Shown: positions 1-9,287 of the stretch, one piece after another
Position numbering within the stretch: position 1 is the first letter of the stretch
Layout: each line of letters opens with the position of its first letter
Source: a bacterium
Lineage (GTDB): Bacteria > Electryoneota > JAOADG01
Direction of reading: 5' to 3'
Assembly: GCA_963681965.1 (NCBI GenBank)
Contig: OY820579.1
Location: forward strand, 2,752,001 to 2,816,000
Length of the DNA: 64,000 nucleotides
Notes under the pieces: model-generated
What the model saw: only the letters and a program-made list of their open reading frames with translations
The model's database searches: none
What the model was told of the DNA's origin: nothing
Position numbers and translations under genes: made by a program

Positions 1-228
1 GTATTGTTTGCAGGGGATAAGCTTTTTAATGTGTGTGGCGGAGTGGATGATGGGATCCCGGATTCGCTTCTGTTTAAAGATTCGTTAATCCAACCATCAT
101 GGAGAGGGTTTTATCTATTCTCATAAGTAATCTTCAGATAATATCTTGAGATTCACCGCATCATTAATCTATAACATTAAGAAATTATATTTAATTCTAA
201 TTGTAATCACTAAATACAACGTAGAATA

Positions 229-257
229 TTGACTTTCCTTTCGTATGGAACTATTTT
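229..257 (+). promoter_or_regulatory. sigma70-like promoter of the Ehr operon
   Basis: TTGACT (229-234), 17-nt spacer, TATTTT (252-257), upstream of GGAG RBS and GTG 306. Confidence 0.55.
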
Positions 258-290
258 GTCCTTGATTGACGGCATTTGTCCGGGTTTGTC
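255..290 (+). repeat. 10-bp-phased direct repeats, candidate operator
   Basis: TTTGTC at 255, 275, 285 and degenerate ATTGAC at 265. Confidence 0.5.
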
Positions 291-305
291 GGTTGGAGTT
301 GATTC

Positions 306-1025
306 GTGAAACTAACTGTAGAAAATGTAACTCAACTTTTTGGGGTGTCCGAAAAGACGATTTATCGCTGGATCAAATCCAATGCACTTCCTGCTTACCG
401 AATCAACAACCAATACCGATTCAACTATACCGAATTGATTGAATGGGCTTCAACCCACCGAATTAACGTTTCCCAACCGCAAGTTTCGGGTGATCTTACT
501 CCAGCTCCAGAGCAGTTGCAGAGCTTCGGTGAAGCGTTAGCGGCTGGTGGAATCCATTACCGGATCAGTGGTCACGATAAACCATCGGTGATGACTGAAG
601 TTGTAAAACTACTCCAATTGCCAGACCGGATTGATCGAACGGTTCTGCTGCAAATCTTGATGGCTCGCGAGGAATTGGGCTCTACTGCGATCGGTGACGG
701 GATCGCTATACCGCACGCTCGCAATCCGATCGTATTGAATGTAACACAACCCTATGTTGCACTGTTTTTCCTCGAACAACCGATTGAATTCGATGCGATG
801 GACGGTGGTTTGGTTCATGCGTTGTTTACCATGATTACTCCGACAATAAAGTCTCACCTACGATTTCTGTCACAATTGGCATTCTTTTTACGCGATCCCG
901 CATTTCACGATGCCATTATCCAACATGCTTCTAAAAGTAAAATATTGGAAGAGACCCATCGGGTGGAGGCTTTGCTGAATAGTCAGAATGCGAGTTCCAC
1001 CCAACAGCAAAAGTCGGTTTCGTAA
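306..1025 (+). CDS. excisionase-type HTH fused to PTS EIIA (Ntr/Fru type) domain, putative regulator
   Basis: N-term LTVENVTQLFGVSEKTIYRWI...LPAYRINNQYRF; C-term REELGSTAIGDGIAIPHAR with the phospho-His; stop overlaps next start (TAATG). Confidence 0.9.
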   Translation: MKLTVENVTQLFGVSEKTIYRWIKSNALPAYRINNQYRFNYTELIEWASTHRINVSQPQVSGDLTPAPEQLQSFGEALAAGGIHYRISGHDKPSVMTEVVKLLQLPDRIDRTVLLQILMAREELGSTAIGDGIAIPHARNPIVLNVTQPYVALFFLEQPIEFDAMDGGLVHALFTMITPTIKSHLRFLSQLAFFLRDPAFHDAIIQHASKSKILEETHRVEALLNSQNASSTQQQKSVS

Positions 1026-3016
1026 TGACCTTGATATTGACAGGAATTACGTTCTTTTTGGTGGGAGGTTTCGGTGCGTTTCTATCGAGAAATCGACCGA
1101 TTGCCGCAACTAGACTTGGTGTCGGTGGTGTCGTCGTGGGATCAATTCTTGGACTGATTGGGACACTACCAGTTCTGTTTTCGGCATCACCAGTCGAAGC
1201 GATTCGTCTCCCTTGGTCAATTCCATTCGGTACATTCTATTTGGAGATCGACGCACTTTCGGCGTTTTTCCTCATTCCGATTTATCTCCTTTCTGCTCTA
1301 AGTGCGATTTACGGTTCTGCATATCTCGAAAAAAACATTTACCAAAATAGATTGGGCAGTCACTGGGCTTTCTTCTCGATACTCATAGCGAGTATGGTGC
1401 TTGTTGTGATTGCGCGCAACGGTATGTTGTTTCTCATCGCATGGGAAGCTATGGCGCTCGCATCTTTCTTTCTGGTCATGTTGGATCGCGAACGCGAGTC
1501 AGTGCAGCGCGCCGGTTGGATCTACCTAGTTTCAACGCATATCGGAACGGTCTTTCTCTATTTTTTCTTTGTCCTGATTGGAGATCGAACCGGTTCACTC
1601 GATTTCGATGTAATTGCTTCATCAGGCGCACAAATCTATCCACAGGCAACGCTATTTTTTATCCTCGCGCTAATTGGTTTTGGCGCGAAAGCAGGTATCG
1701 TACCCCTTCACATTTGGTTGCCGGAAGCACATCCAGCGGCTCCCAGTCATGTTTCGGCAGTGATGTCGGGCATCATGATCAAAACTGGAATTTACGGCAT
1801 TATCCGGACGTTATCGTGGTTTGGAACACCGCCCTTAGGTTGGGCAGTAGCATTGATCCTGATCGGTTGTGTTTCGGGTGTATTAGGTGTTTTACTGGCA
1901 TTAGCTCAACACGATTTGAAACGACTATTGGCATATCATAGTGTTGAAAATATTGGAATTATCTTTTTGGGCTTGGGTATTGGGGTACTGGGACAATCGA
2001 CTGGTTTACCGATGCTGATTGTACTGGGTTACGGTGGTGCCTTGTTACATACTTTAAATCATGCACTCTTTAAAGGTTTGCTTTTTTTGGGTGCGGGAAG
2101 CGTGCTACACGGTTCTCATACACTCGATATCGAACACACTGGTGGACTGTTGAAGCGAATGCCGTGGACGGGTATGGCATTTTTGATCGGTGCGGTCGCG
2201 ATTTGCGGATTGCCACCTTTGAATGGATTTATTAGTGAATTCATGATTTATTCCGGAGCGTTTCAAGGTATTTTTTCATTGAATTCACTGTATGCAATTC
2301 CAGTGCTGCTTACTATCGTGGCGCTAGCACTGATCGGTGGCTTGGCTGCGCTATGTTTTACGAAAGCGTTTGGAATTGTTTTCTTAGGGCATCCACGCTC
2401 CCAGCAGGCGTCTGATGCACACGAAGTCAGTGCCGCAATGCGTTGGACGATGGTTGTCCTCGCTACGTTGTGTTTAGTAATCGGGTTAAGCGCACCATTG
2501 ATGATGCGATTGCTGGAACCGGTTCTGGCGCAAATGATCGGTGTGATGCCTGAAACGTTTCTTCAACTCGATTCCAATTTCATACCACCACTTCAGTTTA
2601 TTGTTGGAACCTCATTGCTATTGATCGCATTGGTCGCTGTTTTGTACTGGTTGATTCACCGGAAACAATCCAATATAACTGTTACAACTGCGGTGACGTG
2701 GGATTGTGGATATGCGAAACCGGAACCGCAAATGCAGTATACAGCCTCTTCTTTCGCACAACCATTGATCGATTTGATCGCGAAATCAATCCGACTTAAA
2801 GCCGATCTTCGAAAACCGATTGGATATTTTCCAGTCGAGGGGGGATACACTTCTGAAATTCCCGATCTTGCCGAGACACAATTCTGGACTCCGATTTTCA
2901 AGGGAATCGAATGGGTTATGTTACGATTTCGCTGGATCCAGACCGGTAGTATCCATTTATACATTCTCTATATCACAATCACGTTGATTGTTTTGCTCAT
3001 CTGGAAGCTTGGGTGA
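1025..3016 (+). CDS. hyfB: antiporter-like membrane subunit (HyfB/EhrA)
   Basis: Highly hydrophobic; WEAM, KAGIVPLHIWLPEAHPAAPS, DLKRLLAYHSVEN, TWDCGY, MQYT motifs. Confidence 0.9.
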   Translation: MTLILTGITFFLVGGFGAFLSRNRPIAATRLGVGGVVVGSILGLIGTLPVLFSASPVEAIRLPWSIPFGTFYLEIDALSAFFLIPIYLLSALSAIYGSAYLEKNIYQNRLGSHWAFFSILIASMVLVVIARNGMLFLIAWEAMALASFFLVMLDRERESVQRAGWIYLVSTHIGTVFLYFFFVLIGDRTGSLDFDVIASSGAQIYPQATLFFILALIGFGAKAGIVPLHIWLPEAHPAAPSHVSAVMSGIMIKTGIYGIIRTLSWFGTPPLGWAVALILIGCVSGVLGVLLALAQHDLKRLLAYHSVENIGIIFLGLGIGVLGQSTGLPMLIVLGYGGALLHTLNHALFKGLLFLGAGSVLHGSHTLDIEHTGGLLKRMPWTGMAFLIGAVAICGLPPLNGFISEFMIYSGAFQGIFSLNSLYAIPVLLTIVALALIGGLAALCFTKAFGIVFLGHPRSQQASDAHEVSAAMRWTMVVLATLCLVIGLSAPLMMRLLEPVLAQMIGVMPETFLQLDSNFIPPLQFIVGTSLLLIALVAVLYWLIHRKQSNITVTTAVTWDCGYAKPEPQMQYTASSFAQPLIDLIAKSIRLKADLRKPIGYFPVEGGYTSEIPDLAETQFWTPIFKGIEWVMLRFRWIQTGSIHLYILYITITLIVLLIWKLG

Positions 3017-3020
3017 TCCG

Positions 3021-3935
3021 ATGGTAAACCCATACGCATTCATTTTACTATTACTGGCGATCATATTGGCTCCGCTACTGCTAGGAATTATCAACCGCAC
3101 CAAAGCGATCTGTGCTGGGAGAACCGGGCAACCATTGGTTCAAGTATACTACGATGTAGTGAAGCTACTTCGAAAAGAATCGGTGTATAGTCAGACGACA
3201 ACTTGGATTTTCCGGATATCACCGGTGTTGTCGTTTGCCGGGCTTCTTCTGGCGCTATCAATGATTCCCTGGGGTGGATTACCGGCAATCGTCTCATTTC
3301 CCGGCGATTTCATCGTTGTATTCTATCTATTAGGCATCGGACGTTTTTTTACGATCCTGGCGGCACTCGATACTGGATCGAGTTTCGAAGGGATGGGTGC
3401 TAGTCGCGAAGCCTTCTTTTCGGCGTTGACCGAACCGATCTTGTTTTCGGTGATGATCACACTGGCGAGATTAACCGGTGAAATGTCGCTTTCGCATATC
3501 TTCCAACACATCAATGGTGGACTGTGGTTGTCTTCCGGTGCTGCTCTTATCCTGCTCGTGGTAATTTTATTCGTACTGCTGTTGACAGAAAACTCGCGCA
3601 TTCCAGTCGACGATCCGAATACCCATCTCGAGTTAACGATGATCCACGAAGTAATGGTTCTTGACCATAGTGGTCCCGATTTTGGTTTAATACTGGCAAG
3701 CTCAGCCTGTAAACTATGGCTATTCGCTGCGTTATTAGCCGGTATTTTTATTCCCATTCGATCCGGAAATCTCTGGATCGATGGATTGCTGTTTCTGTTG
3801 GGAGTAATGATTACCGGTGTTGTGGTTGGATTAATCGAATCTTCGATGGCACGCCTTCGATTATTACTCGTTCCAAGAATGTTGGTTGGAGCATCGGCGA
3901 TTGCCGCAATTTGTATTTTCCTGACGTTGAAGTGA
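3021..3935 (+). CDS. hyfC: NuoH-like membrane subunit (HyfC/EhrB)
   Basis: GRTGQPLVQ.YYD..KLLRKE, FEGMGASRE, ENSRIPVDDPNTHLELTMIHE; ATG 3021 preferred to the ORF-track start. Confidence 0.9.
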   Translation: MVNPYAFILLLLAIILAPLLLGIINRTKAICAGRTGQPLVQVYYDVVKLLRKESVYSQTTTWIFRISPVLSFAGLLLALSMIPWGGLPAIVSFPGDFIVVFYLLGIGRFFTILAALDTGSSFEGMGASREAFFSALTEPILFSVMITLARLTGEMSLSHIFQHINGGLWLSSGAALILLVVILFVLLLTENSRIPVDDPNTHLELTMIHEVMVLDHSGPDFGLILASSACKLWLFAALLAGIFIPIRSGNLWIDGLLFLLGVMITGVVVGLIESSMARLRLLLVPRMLVGASAIAAICIFLTLK

Positions 3936-3950
3936 GCTGAGGAAACTCGT

Positions 3951-4586
3951 GTGATAGACTTACTTTACATCTTACTCATTTTAACCGGCTTTGTGTTTCT
4001 GGGTTCGGGAAGGATGCAATTTAGTATCCGAACTTTGGCACTTCAGGGTATCATTCTCGGTCTCATTCCATTGATGGGGAGCTGGCAAGGTCTGTGGGGT
4101 AGAATACTCTCAATTGCCTCGCTAAGTCTAGTAATCAAAGGATTTGTATTACCATTTTATCTCACGCGTGCAATGCAGAAATCGAAAGTTCTGCAAGAAG
4201 ATCAACCTTTTGTAGGATTTACTGCTTCGATTTTTATCGGCATTGTCTGTCTCGGCGCTTCGTTTTGGCTCTCTACCCGGTTACCACTCATTACTGGCTC
4301 GCAATCCCAGATGGCTGTTGCAGTGTCGTTATTTAATGTTTTTGTTGGATTGTATGTGATCATCAGTCGCCGCAAAGCATTATCGCAAGTACTTGGATAT
4401 TTAGTGCTTGAAAACGGTGTTTACATTTTTGGTGCGGCATTTGCGATCGATGTGCCCTTACTTGTGGAATTGGGTGTATTGCTAGACGTTTTTGTTGCTG
4501 TTTTCGTTATGGGGATTGTGATTTTCCATATTAGTAAATCGTTCGATCATATCGACACAGATCAACTCTCGTCGCTCGTGGGATAG
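3951..4586 (+). CDS. hyfE: membrane subunit (HyfE/EhrC)
   Basis: Hydrophobic; QVLGYLVLENGV, VELGVLLD motifs; operon position. Confidence 0.85.
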   Translation: MIDLLYILLILTGFVFLGSGRMQFSIRTLALQGIILGLIPLMGSWQGLWGRILSIASLSLVIKGFVLPFYLTRAMQKSKVLQEDQPFVGFTASIFIGIVCLGASFWLSTRLPLITGSQSQMAVAVSLFNVFVGLYVIISRRKALSQVLGYLVLENGVYIFGAAFAIDVPLLVELGVLLDVFVAVFVMGIVIFHISKSFDHIDTDQLSSLVG

Positions 4587-4598
4587 GATTGAACTAAA

Positions 4599-6098
4599 AT
4601 GACTACTCTAATTCTGCCTGCTTTAATATTGATACCGCTCTTATCCGGAATCGCCACATTGATGATCCGTTCGGACATTATCCGTCGTATTCTTCTGATC
4701 GCGACGGCTGCGATCCACTTGCTACTTACTTTCGCGTCGTATTACGCCGCACCGGCATTAGGCGAGTGGTTGGTGTTGGATGCCTTGGGCAACTTGTTTT
4801 TATTAATATCCAGCGGTCTATTTTTAATTGCCTGTATCTACGGTGTCGGTTATCTAGCGCGTGAAAAACTGGATGAGCATCGATTGCATATCGATTTCGA
4901 TGATTCTGAATCGAACTCACTGTTCGAAAATAATCCTGAATCATTGCTTACTGGCTGTTTATTATTCTTTCTGGCGGCGATGTCATTAGTCTGCGTAAGT
5001 AATCATCTGGGCTTGCTTTGGGTTGCCATAGAAGCAACAACTCTTGCTAGTGCACCGTTAATCTTTTTTCACAAGCATCGAAAATCACTCGAAGCGACTT
5101 GGAAGTATTTACTGATCTGTTCGATCGGAATTGCGTTGGCATTATTCGGGAATTTTTTATTGGCGGTATCGACGGCTCCGACTCAGAATGGAGAATTACC
5201 GCTACTACTCACGCAACTGTTACCGAAAGCGACTCAATTTCAACCACTTTGGCTGAAAGCAGCTTTCATATTTTTGCTGGTAGGGTATGGTACAAAAATG
5301 GGGTTAGCCCCATTACACACATGGTTACCTGACGCCCACAGCGAATCACCTAGTTTTGTTTCGGCACTATTATCCGGTGCTTTGCTGAATTGTGCGTTTC
5401 TGGGAATTTTACGGGCACAGCAGATCCTTGTTGCTGCTAATCTTGCTGTATTCGGGCAGGAGTTATTGATCGGATTTGGATTACTATCGATGGCATTTGC
5501 TACTACGTTTATTCTTCGTCAAATGGATTTTAAGCGAATGTTGGCATATTCCAGCGTTGAGCACATGGGCATTCTTGCTTTAGGAATCGGATTAGGCGGA
5601 ACGGCAGTATTCGGCTCGTTACTTCACACCGTAAATCACTCGATCACAAAGGGAATGTTATTTCTCGTCGCAGGAAATATTTTGACGGTTATGCACAGCA
5701 AATCGACCATCAAAGTACGAGGATTATTGCAACGTTTACCCGTGTCATCGGTACTGTGGCTTGCGGGTTTTCTATCGATAACTGGATCGCCCCCATTCGG
5801 AACTTTTATCAGTGAATTCACAATTTTCAAGGCTGCGATCGAGCAGGGACATTTCTGGATTGCGATTGGATTCATCGGTATTCTAGCGACCATCTTTGTA
5901 GTGATGGCATCGATCGTTTTAAAAATGTGTTTCAGTACACCGCGACCCATCGATCAGGGAACTGACCACGAATCATGGACGATGATTCTACCTCCGTTAT
6001 TTCTTGGAATTCTTTCGCTAATTCTCGGTCTGTATTTACCCCCGTTTCTTAAGGATCTCTTAAATGAAGCGGCACATCTGCTCGGAGGTGGCTTGTGA
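4599..6098 (+). CDS. hyfF: antiporter-like membrane subunit (HyfF/EhrD)
   Basis: WVAIEATTL, SLEATWKY, GYGTKMGLAPLHTWLPDAHSE, KRMLAYSSVEHMG. Confidence 0.9.
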   Translation: MTTLILPALILIPLLSGIATLMIRSDIIRRILLIATAAIHLLLTFASYYAAPALGEWLVLDALGNLFLLISSGLFLIACIYGVGYLAREKLDEHRLHIDFDDSESNSLFENNPESLLTGCLLFFLAAMSLVCVSNHLGLLWVAIEATTLASAPLIFFHKHRKSLEATWKYLLICSIGIALALFGNFLLAVSTAPTQNGELPLLLTQLLPKATQFQPLWLKAAFIFLLVGYGTKMGLAPLHTWLPDAHSESPSFVSALLSGALLNCAFLGILRAQQILVAANLAVFGQELLIGFGLLSMAFATTFILRQMDFKRMLAYSSVEHMGILALGIGLGGTAVFGSLLHTVNHSITKGMLFLVAGNILTVMHSKSTIKVRGLLQRLPVSSVLWLAGFLSITGSPPFGTFISEFTIFKAAIEQGHFWIAIGFIGILATIFVVMASIVLKMCFSTPRPIDQGTDHESWTMILPPLFLGILSLILGLYLPPFLKDLLNEAAHLLGGGL

Positions 6099-7618
6099 GT
6101 CAATCCGGGTATATCAACGTGGGTAATGGCGAACCGGTTAATCAAGCAGAAATACCTAATCTGCCATTCGCTGCATTCCGGGAACAGTTATTCCAATGCT
6201 TAGAAGATGGTGCATGGATCGCCGCACTTTATGCAACTCAAGAAGCATCGACAAAGCTCCGAACATATGCGGTGCTGGCCCATCCTCCTACCGGAAATTT
6301 GCGGATCTTCTCTGCACACCTCCTAGATGAATTCGAATCGATGACGCCTGATTGTCCGCAAGTGCAGTTATTCGAACGCGAAATGGCTGAACAATGGGGT
6401 GTTAAACCGATAGGGCACCCATGGTTAAAACCGGTTCGGTTTCATCATTCGTATCGGTTAGATCGCGATTGTTGGGATCGCACTTCTTCCACAGAGATTC
6501 TTCCGTGTGTTGGCGAATATTTTCGGATGCAAGGTGAAGAACTCCATGAAGTGGCTGTCGGTCCAGTGCATGCGGGAATTATCGAACCGGGACATTTCCG
6601 CTTCCAGTGTCATGGCGAAGATGTCTATCATTTAGAAATTGCACTCGGATATCAGCATCGCGGAATCGAGCGAGCTTTAATCGGTGGACCCAATACTCGA
6701 ACTCAACATCTTATGGAAACGGCTGCCGGCGACACTTCGATCGGTCACTCATTTGCGTATTGTCAAATCCTCGAAGCACTTGCACATGCGAATGTGCCAG
6801 CCCGGGCATCGTCGTTACGCGGAATTTGTTTAGAGCTGGAACGGCTTGCGAATCATACTGGAGATTTGGGTGCATTAGCCGGAGATGTCGGTTTTCTTCC
6901 TACTGCATCGTTCTGCGGTCGGTTACGTGGCGATTTTCTGAATTTGACTGCGTTGTTGTGTGGTAATCGATTTGGTCGATCGATGTTGTGTCCCGGTGGA
7001 GTTCGATTTGATATGGATACCGATCGGATTTCAAAATTTGATGAGATCTTAGATAAATCCTATTCTGAATTAACCGACACAGTTAATCTTTTGTGGCAAT
7101 CGGCATCGGTGATGGATCGATTCGAGGAAACTAGGCGCGTATCAACTGAAGATGCATTAGCTTTGGGATTGGTCGGACCGGCAGCTCGAGCCTCCGATCT
7201 CGAGGGAGATATTCGAACCGATTTTCCGACAGGTATTTATCGGTTCTCTAATATTCCAACTGCGACTTGGCACACCGGGGATGTCTTGGGAAGAGCTTTC
7301 GTAAGGTGGATCGAGATACAACGATCGGTTTCATTTATTCGCGATCAAGTAAAATCGCTTCCCGAGTCGCCAATCCGAATTCCACTTGCTCCCATCGAAG
7401 CGAGCAATCTGGTAGTATCGCTGGTAGAAGGTTGGCGTGGCGCAATTTGTCACTGTGCAATTACCGATAGCAAAGGTGCTATTAGTCATTATAAAGTGGT
7501 TGATCCATCCTTTCATAATTGGACCGGGTTAGCATTCGCGATGCGCGATCAACAGATTTCCGACTTTCCGCTCTGTAATAAGAGTTTCAATCTATCCTAT
7601 TGCGGGTATGACTTATGA
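6095..7618 (+). CDS. ehrL: HyfG/NuoCD-like large subunit lacking NiFe-binding CxxC motifs (EhrL)
   Basis: FEREMAEQWG, VGPVHAGIIEPGHFRF, GYQHRGIE, VEGWRG, DPSF; L1 site is ETAAGDT, L2 site is SFNLSYCG. Confidence 0.85.
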   Translation: MSQSGYINVGNGEPVNQAEIPNLPFAAFREQLFQCLEDGAWIAALYATQEASTKLRTYAVLAHPPTGNLRIFSAHLLDEFESMTPDCPQVQLFEREMAEQWGVKPIGHPWLKPVRFHHSYRLDRDCWDRTSSTEILPCVGEYFRMQGEELHEVAVGPVHAGIIEPGHFRFQCHGEDVYHLEIALGYQHRGIERALIGGPNTRTQHLMETAAGDTSIGHSFAYCQILEALAHANVPARASSLRGICLELERLANHTGDLGALAGDVGFLPTASFCGRLRGDFLNLTALLCGNRFGRSMLCPGGVRFDMDTDRISKFDEILDKSYSELTDTVNLLWQSASVMDRFEETRRVSTEDALALGLVGPAARASDLEGDIRTDFPTGIYRFSNIPTATWHTGDVLGRAFVRWIEIQRSVSFIRDQVKSLPESPIRIPLAPIEASNLVVSLVEGWRGAICHCAITDSKGAISHYKVVDPSFHNWTGLAFAMRDQQISDFPLCNKSFNLSYCGYDL

Positions 7619-8379
7619 TTGATATTCTTCGCACTCGCTGGAAACAAGGTCATCGCACGATCTCCTATCCCGATCAGCCGCCAACATTGCCGGATCGATT
7701 TCGCGGTCGTCCGGTGATTGATTCCGCAAAATGTACCGATGATTGTCGAATTTGTGTTGACGTTTGCCCGACAAAAGCGATTTTCCGACTTGATACCAAT
7801 CGCACTGAAATTGATTTAGGACGCTGCTTGTTCTGTACCGATTGTCTCGAGGCATGTCCGACAGGTGCAATTCGTCTTCAACAGGATTATCGATTATCTG
7901 CAAATCAGCGTGACCAATTGGTTGTTCCTGCTGAGAGTGAAGTACTCCCCAAAGTAACTGCGCTACACAAAGAAATACTCTGGTTGTTCGGTCGATCGTT
8001 GAAGCTTCGTGAAGTAAGTGCGGGGGGGTGTAACGGTTGTGAAGCCGATACCAATGTGTTATCGACGATCACTTTCGATTTAGGTCGCTTCGGAATTCAA
8101 TTTGTCGCTTCGCCGCGTCATGCCGATGGCTTATTGATCACAGGTCCAGTGACACAAAACATGAAGTTGGCACTCTTAAAAACTTGGGAAGCCGTTCCTG
8201 AGCCTAAAATCGTTATCGCTGTGGGTGCTTGTGCGATATCCGGTGGACCATTTATCGATCATCCCGAAATCAATAACGGCATTGGCGATTTGCTGAAAGT
8301 CGATCTATTTATTCCGGGTTGTCCGCCACATCCTATTACAATACTCGACGGATTGCTCGGATTATTGGCGCGAATCTAA
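7615..8379 (+). CDS. ehrS: 2x[4Fe-4S] ferredoxin fused to NuoB/HyfI-like small subunit (EhrS)
   Basis: CTDDCRICVDVCP, CLFCTDCLEACP; GGCNGCE, SPRHAD, GACA, PGCPP. Confidence 0.85.
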   Translation: MIDILRTRWKQGHRTISYPDQPPTLPDRFRGRPVIDSAKCTDDCRICVDVCPTKAIFRLDTNRTEIDLGRCLFCTDCLEACPTGAIRLQQDYRLSANQRDQLVVPAESEVLPKVTALHKEILWLFGRSLKLREVSAGGCNGCEADTNVLSTITFDLGRFGIQFVASPRHADGLLITGPVTQNMKLALLKTWEAVPEPKIVIAVGACAISGGPFIDHPEINNGIGDLLKVDLFIPGCPPHPITILDGLLGLLARI

Positions 8380-8400
8380 TGCAGAATTTATTGTAACATT

Positions 8401-8429
8401 AAAAAAGGCGCATGATGCGCCTTTTTTTT
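8401..8429. terminator. bidirectional intrinsic terminator
   Basis: A-tract GGCGCA-TGA-TGCGCC T-tract between convergent genes. Confidence 0.85.
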
Positions 8430-8448
8430 ATTCTAAGTTCGATCGAAA

Positions 8449-9213
8449 CTATCTTCGTTTTTTCTTCCCTTCGGATTTCATGGCGTCGATTTGTTCCTTT
8501 GCACGTGCCGCTTCGGGAGTATCGGCAAAGTTGGTCATGATCTGCGACCAAGCCTCTTTTGCCCCAGTCGTATTGCCAGTGGCTTTGAATAGTTTACCCA
8601 ACTGCCAGAGTGCGGTTGGTGTCCGAGAAGTGGGTGGTGTGGCAGTACCTGCGGCACGGAAGTCGGCAATCGCACCGGAAGTATCCTTCGTCGCCAATTT
8701 TGCCTGACCTCGACCGAAGTAAGCATTCGGAGCGAGTGGGGAGGTCGCCCATCGTTCTAGAAACGTGGTATAACCGGCGATCGCTAATTCAAAGTTTCCA
8801 CGGGCATTGTCGGTTTCGGCAGCATCTAAAGCAGTACGCGCAGCGATTGTATCGATCTTGGTCGAGTCACCCATCATTTTCCGTCGAACTTCACTCATGC
8901 CCATTGCGACATCGGAGAATTTACCTGTCGTTTCCTGAAGACGCGATGAGAGGCGAGTAATTTGCTGCTCGATACCGTCGAGTTGACCGCCTACCGATGC
9001 TTTGAAACTGCGAATCAGTTGATCTTGTTGATCGATGCGTCGTTTCAGTTCGGTAATCGATGAATCGCGGCGTGCATCGTTCGCAGTTTGTGCTGCTTGA
9101 TTCGCGAGTAAGAGTTTTGTTTGATCGCGTGTGATATCGGTGTTTTCGTGGATTTGCTTGATTCCACAACCACTGGTTAAGATCACCAATATAAAAAATA
9201 GTAGTTTTTTCAT
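8449..9213 (-). CDS. cpoB: Tol-Pal system TPR/coiled-coil lipoprotein CpoB (YbgF)
   Basis: Lipobox TSGC, coiled coil, TPR region (SPLAPNAYFGRG, TPTALWQLG); follows pal. Confidence 0.8.
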   Translation of the reverse strand: MKKLLFFILVILTSGCGIKQIHENTDITRDQTKLLLANQAAQTANDARRDSSITELKRRIDQQDQLIRSFKASVGGQLDGIEQQITRLSSRLQETTGKFSDVAMGMSEVRRKMMGDSTKIDTIAARTALDAAETDNARGNFELAIAGYTTFLERWATSPLAPNAYFGRGQAKLATKDTSGAIADFRAAGTATPPTSRTPTALWQLGKLFKATGNTTGAKEAWSQIMTNFADTPEAARAKEQIDAMKSEGKKKRR

Positions 9214-9234
9214 TTGCGAATTCCGGATCTAAAA

Positions 9235-9270
9235 CGAAGGCTGGGACTCGTTTGGAATCCCAGCCATTCG
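9235..9270 (-). other. intercistronic hairpin between pal and cpoB
   Basis: GGCTGGGA...TCCCAGCC inverted repeat; no clear U tract. Confidence 0.5.
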
Positions 9271-9287
9271 ATAAACACGTGTACTGA

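Noticed and set aside
1-124. Possible gene start on the minus strand
   Set aside because: ATG frames stop within 17 codons; the open frame has no start
6095-7618. Functional [NiFe] hydrogenase 4
   Set aside because: Both CxxC metal-binding motifs are missing
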